Shown here: positions 26,908 through 36,508 of the stretch, in pieces
How the letters are laid out: each line of letters begins with the position of its first letter
Position numbering within the stretch: the stretch's first letter is position 1
Origin: Bacteroidales bacterium
GTDB taxonomy: Bacteria > Bacteroidota > Bacteroidia > Bacteroidales > GCA-2748055
Length of the DNA: 64,000 nt
Assembly (NCBI GenBank): GCA_029210585.1
Contig: JARGFP010000006.1
Coordinates: 7,949 to 71,948 of the forward strand
Direction: 5' to 3'
The notes under the pieces: generated by a model
Database searches by the model: none
What the model was told of the DNA's origin: nothing
What the model saw: the letters and a program-made list of their open reading frames with translations, nothing else
Position numbers and translations under genes: made by a program

Positions 26908-29900
26908 CTATACTTCACCCTTCCTGTCGATGTACTCCTTTGGTGTGCAACCGTAATACTGCTTAAAGCACCTGGTAAAATAGGAAGGACTCGAGAATCC
27001 CACCATATAGATGATCTCGGATATGGATCTGCGCTTTTGAAGCAACATATCGGCAGCTGTTTTCAGTCGCTGGTTCCGGATAAATTCATTGGCGGTATGA
27101 CCGGTCAGCACTTTGATTTTCCTGTACGCCTGGTTCGGACTCATGCCCAGGGCATAGCTGAATTTTTCAACATCGAATGTTGTGTCATCCAGGTGATCCC
27201 TGACTGATTGTACCGCATCCCTGAGAAACTTTTCATCGAGGGAAGAAAGTTCAATATGTCCCGGATCCGTCAGTCTTTCGGTGCGGATACGTTCATGGAT
27301 ACGCCTGCGGTTGTCCAGGATATTTTGCACCTTCAATTGAAGGTTAACCAGATTGAAAGGTTTGAATATATAATCCACGGCCCCGATTTTCAGACCATCA
27401 ATTTCATCTTCCTGCATTGTTTTTGCAGTAAGAAAAACTACAGGTATGTGCGAAGTCAGCCGGTCAGCCCGCAATACCCTGGCCAGTTCAATACCATCCA
27501 TATCAGGCATCATAATATCGGTAATGACAATATCCGGAGTATCTTTCCGGGCAATTTCCAGTGCTTCTTTTCCATTTTTCGCACCGATAACAGTAAATTC
27601 CTCCGACAAGCCATTCACAATAAATTCATTGAGTTCATGGTCATCTTCCACAACCAGGACTTTGCGGAATTCATCGCTGTCATTCAGATATGAATCACTA
27701 CCATTACCTGCAGGATCGGAATATATCTCCTGTTCCTCCATTTCCTGTTCGGCTTCACCGGCAGCATCGTACAACGTTTCGGGTTTCCGGTCCACGGGCA
27801 GAATCACCCGGAAGCAACTGCCCTGTCCTGGTGCGCTTTCCAGTTCAATGGTTCCGCCATGTTGTTCCACAAATGTTCTGGTCACATACAGTCCGATTCC
27901 TCCCGTACTCTGGGTGATTTTCTGATTGACCTGGAAAAACCGGTCAAATATCTTTTCCTGCAACGCTTCCGGTATGCCGATACCAGTATCGTCGATCTCC
28001 ACGATGCACATTCTTTCATCATAGGTTTCCGCATCAATTTCTGCATGGATACTGATCTTGCTGTGGTCTTCAGAATACTTAAAAGCATTAGACAACAGGT
28101 TGTACAGGGCCTTTTCCAGCTTTTCATAGTCGACATAGGCCTCAATGGTCCGGGCACCCAACGTGATGGTAAAATCAATATTCCTCGACAGAGCCATGCC
28201 TTTGAATGAATCATAGAGCTCATTGAGAAGGGTCACGATATTTGTTTTCCGCCGCTGGAGTTCCATTTTACCAGTTTCCACTTTCCTGAATTCCATCAAT
28301 TGGTTGACAAGGCGCAGCAACCGGTGGGCGTTTTTCTTTATCAGTTCTGCCTGGTTCCGGGTATACCCCTTTATTTCTTCAGATTTCAGCAGTTCTTCTG
28401 CCGGTCCGAGTATCAATGTCAGTGGCGTACGGAATTCATGGGTAATATTTGTGAAGAAAAGAGATTTCATTTCATTCACTTCATGCTCCTTCTCATAGTG
28501 CATGTGTTCGATCATGATCCTGCCTTTTTCCCTGACCCCGATAATGGAGTACTCCTTGAAGAAATAGAGCAGTCCGATTAACACCGCGAAATAGAAAAAC
28601 ATTGCAAAAATGGACTGGTACCAGATCCTTGCGATGGTAAATTCAAATTCAGCCGGAGAAACGCTTTCGACGCCATCGGAATTCACTGCACTTACCCTGA
28701 AAGTATAATCGCCCGGTTGCAGGTTGGTATACGTAGCCGTGTTCCTGCTGCCCATTTCATTCCATTTGCTCTCGAGTCCTTCCAGCATATAGACATATGC
28801 ATTTCGCCTGGGTTCTTTGAAATCCATCGCTGAAAACTCGAATGTCAGCACTTTTGCGCGGTACGAGAGCCTGAGATCGTCCAGGTAGGGCACCGATTTG
28901 AACACCGGTTGCTTTTTTATTTCCGGCATGCCTGCGCAGAGGCTGTTATTGGATACCAGCAGATCCGTGATGCACACTTCCGGCTGGACTACATCACGAA
29001 GGAGGCTATCGGGATGAAAAGAAATAAACCCTCCGCTTCCCCCGAAAAGGAACAGTCCATTTTCCCCCCTGATTGCCGTATTCCGTTCCACGATGAGTTG
29101 CTGGTATTCCCTGCTGAAATATTCCTTTACAAGTGAATGTCCGGTTTTACTGAGGCTGACGATTCCCCTGTAAACCCCTACCCACACGTTTCCCGAATCA
29201 TCTTCAAGGATATTGGTAATGATCTCATCGGAAATATTTTCGACGCCGGGAAATCCGGAAAAGCAGACCACCAGGCTGTCGGATTCCGTAGCCATCGTTC
29301 GTTTCTTATTCAGACCTGCATTTGATCCGATCCACAGGTTCCCTTCAGCATCCTCATGCAGCACATTGATGACATTGTCGTTGATTGTATTTGTATCACC
29401 CGGTTCATAGTAATACCTGGTGAATTTTTCTGTTCCCGGATCAAAACAATTCAACCCATTCTGGGTACCGATCCAGACTTTCCCATCCCGGTCTTCGACC
29501 AGTGCCCTCACACTATTATCCGAAAGCTGATCCGGTGCGTTCCCTGCAGTATAGGATCGAATGACAGTTGAACCATTTTGCCTGTCGATCCGTACAAATC
29601 CGTTTTGTAATGTTCCTGCCCAGATTACTCCCGGGTAGATTTCGGACCTGACCAGCATACCCACCTTGTTCCCGGGAAGTGCCTGCTCTGTAAGTGTATT
29701 ATAGAACCGAAATGCACCACCAAGTTTTTCGACATTCTGCCTGCCCGGGTAATGAATCAGTCCGGCATCTTCCGTACCAACCCATAAACCGTCGTCATCC
29801 TGCAGCAATGCCAATACCGAATTGGATACATAATGAATGGATCCATGGTCATATTCAGGCTTTGGAAGATCACGCACGAATGCAAAATACCCGTTACGGG

Positions 29901-31131
29901 GCAGGTACAATCTCAGGTCATGTGTTGTGCCCACCCACAGTTGTTCATCCCGGTTACTGAGCGATCTTACCGGGCTTTCCAGGAAGTAGCCTCCCACAGA
30001 AATGGTTGGTGTATACCTGGTAATTCCTGTATTAAGGATATTGGTCCTGTCGATCATGGCACTGCCCACCCAAAGCATCCCTGCCCGGTCCACGAATATT
30101 GCCGAGACATTGTTACCGGAGATTCCATCAGGATTCCTCAGGTCATAGCTGTAATTCTCAAATTGTGCCTCACCGGGTGCAGCGTCCTGATGGGCGGAAG
30201 CAAGCAGGCTCAGTCCTGCATCCCAGGAGCCAATCCACAGGTTGTCATACTGGTCATAGTGTAACCTGTAGATAACGTCCGATGAAAGGCTGTTGCCGGC
30301 ATCTTGCGAAGTGTAATGAAGAAATTTAAGACTGTCGCTGTCGGGATGAACCTCGATGCGATTCAGTCCGCCTCCCCAGGTGCCCACCCATAGTTTTCCG
30401 TCATCTGATTCTGCAATCTGGGTAACGATCGAACTGCTGATCGATCTGAAGGGTGCTTCCTCATCAGGAATATACCTCTTATATCCGGAGGTATTCCGGT
30501 CAAAATAGATCAGGCCATAATAGGTGGCTGCCCACAGAATATTTCTTGAATCTTCATAGATATCGCTGATGATCTCGTTCTCCAGGAAATGCAGGATCTC
30601 GCCGGTTGCTGTATCCAGCCTGTACATCCCGCCGTTCCAGGTCCCCACCCACATGATGTGGTCCCGGTCCTCAAAAAGTGATATAATCCTGTGCTGGAAT
30701 GGATAGGTTTTCCACTTCCTGGTGACAGGATTATACTTATTCAATCCGGAAGTGGTCCCGGCCCATATATTCCCTTCGTGGTCCTCAAGCAAAGCCAATA
30801 CTTCCCTGTTACTGATGGTGGTGGTATCGTGGTACCCGGGCCTGAAGGTTTCAACATTATACCCATCATACCGGTTCAGTCCATTCCATGTTCCGATCCA
30901 GATAAAGCCTTTTCGATCCTGCAAAATGGCATTCGCCTTGCTGCTGGTAAATCCATCGTTAAAGCCAAGTTTATCAAAATCAAGGTTTTTTTGGCCCGGG
31001 GCTGTCAAAGAAATCAGGCAGAGCATGAAGCTCAGCAACCAGGCAGATACCCGGGTTGCTGTAAGCTGGTTCTGTTGTACTGATATTAACTTTGTCAAAG
31101 TCACCTTATCTTTTTCATTTAAACATGACAC
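26908..31131 (-). CDS. Hybrid two-component system sensor kinase/response regulator with AraC-type HTH (HTCS, PUL regulator type)
   Basis: 1407 aa. Many periplasmic beta-propeller repeats (W[IV]GT..GL..[YF]). A Y_Y_Y-like region (YTFRVSAVNSDG) and a TM segment. HisKA (FFTNITHEFRTPLTLI). HATPase (DDTGIGIP ... GGIGLYVTRTFVEQHGG). REC (VLVVEDDHELN ... DIVITDIMMPDMDG ... FLTAK). C-terminal AraC HTH (SISEIIYMVGFSSPSYFTRCFKQYYG). The start codon is GTG at 31129-31131 (the next in-frame Met is aa 36), so the start is uncertain. Confidence 0.92.
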   Translation of the reverse strand: MSCLNEKDKVTLTKLISVQQNQLTATRVSAWLLSFMLCLISLTAPGQKNLDFDKLGFNDGFTSSKANAILQDRKGFIWIGTWNGLNRYDGYNVETFRPGYHDTTTISNREVLALLEDHEGNIWAGTTSGLNKYNPVTRKWKTYPFQHRIISLFEDRDHIMWVGTWNGGMYRLDTATGEILHFLENEIISDIYEDSRNILWAATYYGLIYFDRNTSGYKRYIPDEEAPFRSISSSIVTQIAESDDGKLWVGTWGGGLNRIEVHPDSDSLKFLHYTSQDAGNSLSSDVIYRLHYDQYDNLWIGSWDAGLSLLASAHQDAAPGEAQFENYSYDLRNPDGISGNNVSAIFVDRAGMLWVGSAMIDRTNILNTGITRYTPTISVGGYFLESPVRSLSNRDEQLWVGTTHDLRLYLPRNGYFAFVRDLPKPEYDHGSIHYVSNSVLALLQDDDGLWVGTEDAGLIHYPGRQNVEKLGGAFRFYNTLTEQALPGNKVGMLVRSEIYPGVIWAGTLQNGFVRIDRQNGSTVIRSYTAGNAPDQLSDNSVRALVEDRDGKVWIGTQNGLNCFDPGTEKFTRYYYEPGDTNTINDNVINVLHEDAEGNLWIGSNAGLNKKRTMATESDSLVVCFSGFPGVENISDEIITNILEDDSGNVWVGVYRGIVSLSKTGHSLVKEYFSREYQQLIVERNTAIRGENGLFLFGGSGGFISFHPDSLLRDVVQPEVCITDLLVSNNSLCAGMPEIKKQPVFKSVPYLDDLRLSYRAKVLTFEFSAMDFKEPRRNAYVYMLEGLESKWNEMGSRNTATYTNLQPGDYTFRVSAVNSDGVESVSPAEFEFTIARIWYQSIFAMFFYFAVLIGLLYFFKEYSIIGVREKGRIMIEHMHYEKEHEVNEMKSLFFTNITHEFRTPLTLILGPAEELLKSEEIKGYTRNQAELIKKNAHRLLRLVNQLMEFRKVETGKMELQRRKTNIVTLLNELYDSFKGMALSRNIDFTITLGARTIEAYVDYEKLEKALYNLLSNAFKYSEDHSKISIHAEIDAETYDERMCIVEIDDTGIGIPEALQEKIFDRFFQVNQKITQSTGGIGLYVTRTFVEQHGGTIELESAPGQGSCFRVILPVDRKPETLYDAAGEAEQEMEEQEIYSDPAGNGSDSYLNDSDEFRKVLVVEDDHELNEFIVNGLSEEFTVIGAKNGKEALEIARKDTPDIVITDIMMPDMDGIELARVLRADRLTSHIPVVFLTAKTMQEDEIDGLKIGAVDYIFKPFNLVNLQLKVQNILDNRRRIHERIRTERLTDPGHIELSSLDEKFLRDAVQSVRDHLDDTTFDVEKFSYALGMSPNQAYRKIKVLTGHTANEFIRNQRLKTAADMLLQKRRSISEIIYMVGFSSPSYFTRCFKQYYGCTPKEYIDRKGEV

Positions 31132-31278
31132 GTGTTGTCAGGACAAATATTGCCCGGAGGATTGGAATTATCAAATGATTATTACAATTTATACCGGCAA
31201 AGGAATAAAAAATAATCCGCATACGTTTTGTTGGTACAAGGTCAATGCCGAAATGGCAGGAATAAAATTATCTTTGGG

Positions 31279-32175
31279 ATGAATTCAATACTTCAGGCGA
31301 TGAAATACCTACTGCTCAATGTTTGCATTGTATTGCTCCCGGGCGTCCTGTTTGCGCAGGATACCACCTATTTATATGCCAGTGATTTCGGGATCACTGA
31401 GCACATGGATGATGCGAAATACATGCGAAAAATTGACAGCAGGTCGGTGCGAAGGAGCGTGGTAAAGACCTATGAACCTGAGGGTGACGAATGGGTGCGC
31501 ATCAGGAAGGAAAAAACCGTGCGGGTCAATGATACCCTGATGCAGATTCGTCGCAAGGCGGACAAGTTATGGCCCGAGGTTATCTCGAGGTCATTTCACC
31601 TCCAGGAGGATGGCTTGTACCGATTCACCGACAGAAAAAGGGGCAGTCTCGTCCTGGAAGGAACTGCAACCAGCCTGGTCCCGCTGCACCTGGAGGATAC
31701 CGTCAGATCGTATTACACCAAAAACATGCCCAAGTCTGTTGCAATCTATAAAAACAACAAACTGATCAGGAACCGGAACTGGCTGCGTAACGGGAATGAA
31801 TATTACGACAACCTGCACTATTTCGTCGACCAGGCCCCTGAGCACAGCCTGGGACAGGTTCATTTCAGGGCCTATATGCTGAATGGCATCGCGGAGTCGG
31901 GAATCGATCTGAGCCAGATCAGCGACAGGGTGGTAATCGGCTGGGTGGTGCTGGAGGACGGCAGCCTGGAAGGTTTTCATACGATTTCAGGAGTATTTTC
32001 CCAGTTGAACAATATACTGATCAATCTCATCAGGGAGATGCCCGGTGAATGGCAACCGGCAATGCTCGATGGCCGCCCGGTACGTTATTACATGAACATC
32101 CCGTTCAATTTCATCGACCGGTCGGAGCGCTTTGAGACACTGGAACTCAGTACTGGATTTGTCTCCTGGGATTAA
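31279..32175 (+). CDS. Secreted hypothetical protein with a TonB C-terminal-like domain
   Basis: ATG at 31279 (or 31300) gives MNSILQAMKYLLLNVCIVLLPGVLFAQD (signal peptide). The C-terminal VVIGWVVLEDGSLEGFHTISGVFSQLNNILINLIREMPGEWQPAMLDGRPVRYYMNIPFNF resembles the TonB_C / energy-transducer fold pattern. The N-terminal two thirds are unrecognised. Confidence 0.55.
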   Translation: MNSILQAMKYLLLNVCIVLLPGVLFAQDTTYLYASDFGITEHMDDAKYMRKIDSRSVRRSVVKTYEPEGDEWVRIRKEKTVRVNDTLMQIRRKADKLWPEVISRSFHLQEDGLYRFTDRKRGSLVLEGTATSLVPLHLEDTVRSYYTKNMPKSVAIYKNNKLIRNRNWLRNGNEYYDNLHYFVDQAPEHSLGQVHFRAYMLNGIAESGIDLSQISDRVVIGWVVLEDGSLEGFHTISGVFSQLNNILINLIREMPGEWQPAMLDGRPVRYYMNIPFNFIDRSERFETLELSTGFVSWD

Positions 32176-33611
32176 AACTCCCAGACCGGATGGGGTGTAC
32201 GAGCTGTCCGGAGCAATGCATCCAACCTGCGTTCCACTTCAGGATATTCTTCCACCACGTTGGTTGTCTCACCCGGATCCGCTTCAAGATTATACAGTTC
32301 GATCCTTGAATTGGGTGCCTCGCTGACATTGTATCGTATCGCTTTCCAGTTTCCTTCACGCAGGGCAATCCGGCCGCCCCGCTCGTGGAATTCCCAGTAC
32401 AGCCTGGCATGTTCCTCCTGGTTTCCCTGCCCGGTAAGGGCCGGCACCATGGATATTCCGTCGATCCCTTCGGGAACGGTGCCTCCTGTCAGTTCCGCAA
32501 ACGTAGGGAACATGTCCCAGAATGCAGATACATGCGTATTGACTGTATCTGCAGCCACCGTTCCCGGCCACCAGGCAATGGTGGGTACACGGATTCCTCC
32601 CTCGTAGAGGTCGCGCTTGTATCCGCGGAACGGACCATTGGAATCAAAGAATTCCGGATCGGCCCCACCTTCCATATGGGTGCCGTTATCGGAGGTAAAG
32701 ATCACCAGTGTATGTTCGGCAATACCGTATTCTTCAAGCTTCGACAAAATCTCTCCCACCGCCATGTCGAGCCTTGTAACCATGGCTGCAAAGGCAGCGT
32801 GCGGGTATTCCTGTGAACCGTAGGGTCCTTTCCTGTATCGGGGTCCGTCATCCACTCCCTTCCAGGGTGTTTCAGGATATTGACCAATAAATGATTCGAA
32901 AATGGAATCGTGCGGTACGATCAGTTCAGCATGGGGAATGGTATAGGGAAGATACATAAAGAATGCAGTATCCTTGTGCGCTGCCAGAAAATCCATGGCC
33001 TTGTCATGGATCAGATCGAAACTGTACTGCTCCGTTCCCCCGTCGGCATTGCCTTCCATGATCACTTTACGGTTATTGTGCCAGAGGAATTCCGGGTAAA
33101 AATTATGTGCCAGTGACTGGCTGTTGTATCCATACCATTCATCAAACCCACGATTTTCGGGGGAACCTTCCGAACCCGGGTAGCCCATGCCCCATTTACC
33201 AAATGCCCCGGTAACATACCCCTGCTCCCTGAACATTTCGCTCATCATGGGGATGGAATCGGCGATGGGGTATCCTCCGCCGTTCATTCCCTTGTTGCCG
33301 CGTATGGGAGCGTGACCGGTATGCAGACCGGTGAACAGGACGGCACGGGACGGGGCACATACTGTTGAACCTGAATAGTGCTGGGAGAAGAACATTCCCT
33401 GTTCCGCCATACGGTCGATGTTCGGGGTGGAAAATTTCTCCTGTCCCAGGAATCCGAGGTCGCCCCAGCCCAGGTCATCGGCCAGTATATAGATCATGTT
33501 CGGTGCCGCAACATTTTCTGATTTACTTCCTTCAGACTTCAGATTGCAGGAACCAAAAAAAAAGACTGCGGAAAGTACCGCGACAAGCAGCATTGGAAAA
33601 GTTCTTTTCAT
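32172..33611 (-). CDS. Sulfatase (S1 formylglycine-dependent arylsulfatase family)
   Basis: The ATG at 33609-33611 gives MKRTFPMLLVAVLSAVFFFGSCNLKSEG, so the track's longer start at 33701 is unnecessary. NMIYILADDLGWGDLG. The formylglycine motif is CAPSRAVLFTGLHTGH (C-x-P-x-R). Also TSDNGTH and YEGGIRVP. Confidence 0.9.
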   Translation of the reverse strand: MKRTFPMLLVAVLSAVFFFGSCNLKSEGSKSENVAAPNMIYILADDLGWGDLGFLGQEKFSTPNIDRMAEQGMFFSQHYSGSTVCAPSRAVLFTGLHTGHAPIRGNKGMNGGGYPIADSIPMMSEMFREQGYVTGAFGKWGMGYPGSEGSPENRGFDEWYGYNSQSLAHNFYPEFLWHNNRKVIMEGNADGGTEQYSFDLIHDKAMDFLAAHKDTAFFMYLPYTIPHAELIVPHDSIFESFIGQYPETPWKGVDDGPRYRKGPYGSQEYPHAAFAAMVTRLDMAVGEILSKLEEYGIAEHTLVIFTSDNGTHMEGGADPEFFDSNGPFRGYKRDLYEGGIRVPTIAWWPGTVAADTVNTHVSAFWDMFPTFAELTGGTVPEGIDGISMVPALTGQGNQEEHARLYWEFHERGGRIALREGNWKAIRYNVSEAPNSRIELYNLEADPGETTNVVEEYPEVERRLDALLRTARTPHPVWEF

Positions 33612-33813
33612 GACAATGGTTCTTATGTTTATTATTGCAAATCTGTATTCAGTACCAGATGGAAAACAACACAGACGGCACTTTGTTATCAAGGCATTCA
33701 TACTGTGCGCGCCAAGATATTATAAGTTTCTTTTATGACAAAATCCTGCCAACGCTCCGGCCATCCAACGCCCATTGATGCCCTGGGAACAGGGATAACA
33801 GACTACCAGGCAC

Positions 33814-35199
33814 TTAATCCCCGATCAGTTCCCTGATGCGTTCGATCTGCCTTTGCTTGTTCACCTCCCTGAGGCTCTGCGCTGTACTGGTGAAATACTG
33901 GTGACCGGTAATGAATTTCACCTGCAGCCTGTTCCATTCGGTGAGTGTCCCGATCTTGTCCTGCTCTTTCAGTTCCTTGTACAGGGTGTTGGAAACGGGG
34001 ATCATATCGCTTCTCCCCAGGTAATCAAGGTCGGCATCACAGATGATTTTCTCCAGGAGGTTTTTGGGACTTGGCGGCATTCTCGTAGCCATGATCACCT
34101 CGCAGATCTTTTCGATCTGTGCCTCGTTGTACCCGTATACGGGCAGGATGCCACGTGCCAGCATGGTGCCGTGGTATTCATGCTCATCATAGGCAACCGT
34201 ATGCCCTGCGTCATGGAACAAGGCAGCTGTTTTGAGTATCAGGATATCATCATCACTGACCCCTTCGGCCCATCCGATCAGTTCCACCTCGGTGACTACA
34301 TCCACGGTATGTTTTACATTATGGTAGTAGAGGTAATCGGGCAACTCCTTCTCCAGTTTGTCCAGTATGATCTCCTGCAGATCCGTAAACTGGATCAGTT
34401 TAAACTTCGTATCAAAATTCTCATTGGGTGTAACACCCGCTCCATTCCTGGAATACTCACCCCGTATTCCCTGCACTTCAAACATCTCCAGGTCTCCCTT
34501 GTATTTTACCGGCAGTTTGCCGAAATATTCACAAATAAAAAACTCCTTGATCAGTTCATAGGTCATGACTGATATCACAATCTTCCCGCTTTCACCCACA
34601 CCCTGTACCCGGTGCGCGATATTTACCGTATCTCCCTTGATATCGTAAGAGATCTTTTTCTTCCCTGAAATCCCTGCTGTCAGAGGACCGGTATGGATGC
34701 CCAGGCGCATGTTCCAGATGCTTTTACCCAGTCCTTCGGTTCTTTTTTTCAGATAGGCCTGCATTTCCAGGGCGGCCATCACCACCTCGATGGGATTGGT
34801 AATATTCTTCACGGGAATCCCACCGGCGGCCATGTATGTATCGCCTATTGTCTTGATTTTCTGTATATGGTACTTTTTAAGGATTCTGTTGAATTCAATC
34901 AGCACCTCGTCGAGCTGGTCCAACAGTACCACTGAATCCGTATCATCGGTAAGCTTGTAGAATCCGTCGATATTGGCGAACAGGACGGTCACCATTTTGA
35001 ATTTGCGGATGTTCGGTTTCCCGGTGGGATCGGCAGTTTCTGTATCTGCACCCGGGCGGATGCGTTTTTTCAGCAACTCATTCTGTTCTGTAAGTGCTTC
35101 CACGGCTATCCGGAGCTTTTCATTCTCGTCGATCAGCTCCTGGTTCTGCCGCACCAGTTTCTGAATTCGTTTAAGTAGTTGATCATGCTCCTGGCTCAT
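33814..35199 (-). CDS. Coiled-coil / class III adenylate-guanylate cyclase / HD-domain fusion protein
   Basis: The ORF-track start at 35223 is a TTG; the first ATG is at 35197-35199 (MSQEHDQLLKRIQKL). N-terminal heptad-like coiled coil. Cyclase motifs: VTVLFANIDGFYKL, IKTIGDTYMAAGG, GIHTGPLTAGISGKKKISYDIKGDTVNIAHRVQG. The C-terminal HD domain reads YHNVKHTVDVV ... AALFHDAGH ... CDADLDYLG. Confidence 0.85.
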   Translation of the reverse strand: MSQEHDQLLKRIQKLVRQNQELIDENEKLRIAVEALTEQNELLKKRIRPGADTETADPTGKPNIRKFKMVTVLFANIDGFYKLTDDTDSVVLLDQLDEVLIEFNRILKKYHIQKIKTIGDTYMAAGGIPVKNITNPIEVVMAALEMQAYLKKRTEGLGKSIWNMRLGIHTGPLTAGISGKKKISYDIKGDTVNIAHRVQGVGESGKIVISVMTYELIKEFFICEYFGKLPVKYKGDLEMFEVQGIRGEYSRNGAGVTPNENFDTKFKLIQFTDLQEIILDKLEKELPDYLYYHNVKHTVDVVTEVELIGWAEGVSDDDILILKTAALFHDAGHTVAYDEHEYHGTMLARGILPVYGYNEAQIEKICEVIMATRMPPSPKNLLEKIICDADLDYLGRSDMIPVSNTLYKELKEQDKIGTLTEWNRLQVKFITGHQYFTSTAQSLREVNKQRQIERIRELIGD

Positions 35200-35465
35200 C
35201 TTTTGTCTCTCAGTTTCAGCCAACGGACTGTGGTGTGGCTTCAGCCCTAAAGTTAAAAATATTTTTCATTGCAACTATTCGCTGGATGCGGCATAAGATT
35301 CACAAGTTTTCCACGAATGGGAAGAATCCTTCAACAATATACCCGGGATGATGAATTGATTATTGTTTTACATCCGTTATCTTTGGGATACGGTTTATGC
35401 CTGCGCCGGCAAATGAAGCAATTGCCTGACCGGATGCCATTCAGCCTATGTAAATAAGTTCAAAA

Positions 35466-36506
35466 ATGCACGTGTCGATGAAAATTCCAATAATCATTCT
35501 TGCAACGGTAATCTTTGTGCAGACCAATCTTTACGCGCAGCGTGGGGAACACACGTTTACTGTGATGTTCTATAATGTCGAAAACCTTTTTGATACGATC
35601 AACCACCCTGACTTTGACGACGAGGAGTTCACTCCTGCCGGGTCCAAACAGTGGGATTACGGTCGGTACGGGAAAAAGCTTGAGGACATTGCCCGCGTGA
35701 TCCTGTCGGTTCCTGAAAAGGAGCTCCCGGCCCTTATCGGTTTCGCCGAGGTGGAGAACCAGTCCGTACTTGAGGACCTGGTACAGCAGCGTGGACTGCG
35801 CCGCGAGGAATACAAGGCCATCGTGATCGACACCGATGATCCCAGGGGCATCGATTGTGGCTTGATTTACCGGACAGATCTTTTTAAATACAGGACACAC
35901 CGGATGTTGCCGGTGGAGGACCTTTCTGGAAATGACTATCCACTGCGCGGCATCCTGCACGTTGAGGGAACCGGTCCGGATGGTGCACCGCTGCATATTT
36001 ATATCAACCACTGGAAATCCAGGCGGGGCGGGGTAAAGGAAACCGAGCACCTGCGCGTCTATGCCGGGATCGCAATGCGCAGGGAACTGGACAGGCTGTT
36101 GTCGACTTCTACGGACCCCAGGGCGATCGTCATGGGCGATTTCAACGATGAACCCACCAATAAAAGCATCTTTGATGTGCTGCATGCAGCCAATAAGCGC
36201 ATGAACATTGCGATCAACGATGCCTATAACCTCTTCTACGACATCCATAACATGGGTCTTGGAGGCAGTTACAATTACCAGGGCACCTGGCAGATGTATG
36301 ACCAGATCATTGTATCCTACTCCCTGCTGAACCAGTCACGTGGACTCTCCACCACCTTCGATGGCGGTAAGATACTGAAAGAGGAATGGATGCTCTACCA
36401 TGATGAACGCAACGACGTGAAAGTGCCCAATCGCACCTATGGCGGAGACAATTACTATGGCGGGATCAGTGACCATTTCCCATTATATGTAACCTTCAGT
36501 TATTGA
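35466..36506 (+). CDS. Endonuclease/exonuclease/phosphatase (EEP) family secreted protein
   Basis: 346 aa with a signal peptide (MKIPIIILATVIFVQTNLYAQ). FTVMFYNVENLFD, GFAEVEN, INHWKSRRGG, VMGDFNDEP and SDHFPLYVTF are typical EEP-fold motifs. Confidence 0.85.
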   Translation: MHVSMKIPIIILATVIFVQTNLYAQRGEHTFTVMFYNVENLFDTINHPDFDDEEFTPAGSKQWDYGRYGKKLEDIARVILSVPEKELPALIGFAEVENQSVLEDLVQQRGLRREEYKAIVIDTDDPRGIDCGLIYRTDLFKYRTHRMLPVEDLSGNDYPLRGILHVEGTGPDGAPLHIYINHWKSRRGGVKETEHLRVYAGIAMRRELDRLLSTSTDPRAIVMGDFNDEPTNKSIFDVLHAANKRMNIAINDAYNLFYDIHNMGLGGSYNYQGTWQMYDQIIVSYSLLNQSRGLSTTFDGGKILKEEWMLYHDERNDVKVPNRTYGGDNYYGGISDHFPLYVTFSY

Positions 36507-36508
36507 CG

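Noticed and set aside
35460-36248. 262-aa minus-strand ORF overlapping the EEP-family gene
   Set aside because: The plus-strand frame has a signal peptide and canonical EEP motifs through to SDHFPLYV. The antisense product has no motif and unusual composition, so I treat it as a shadow ORF.
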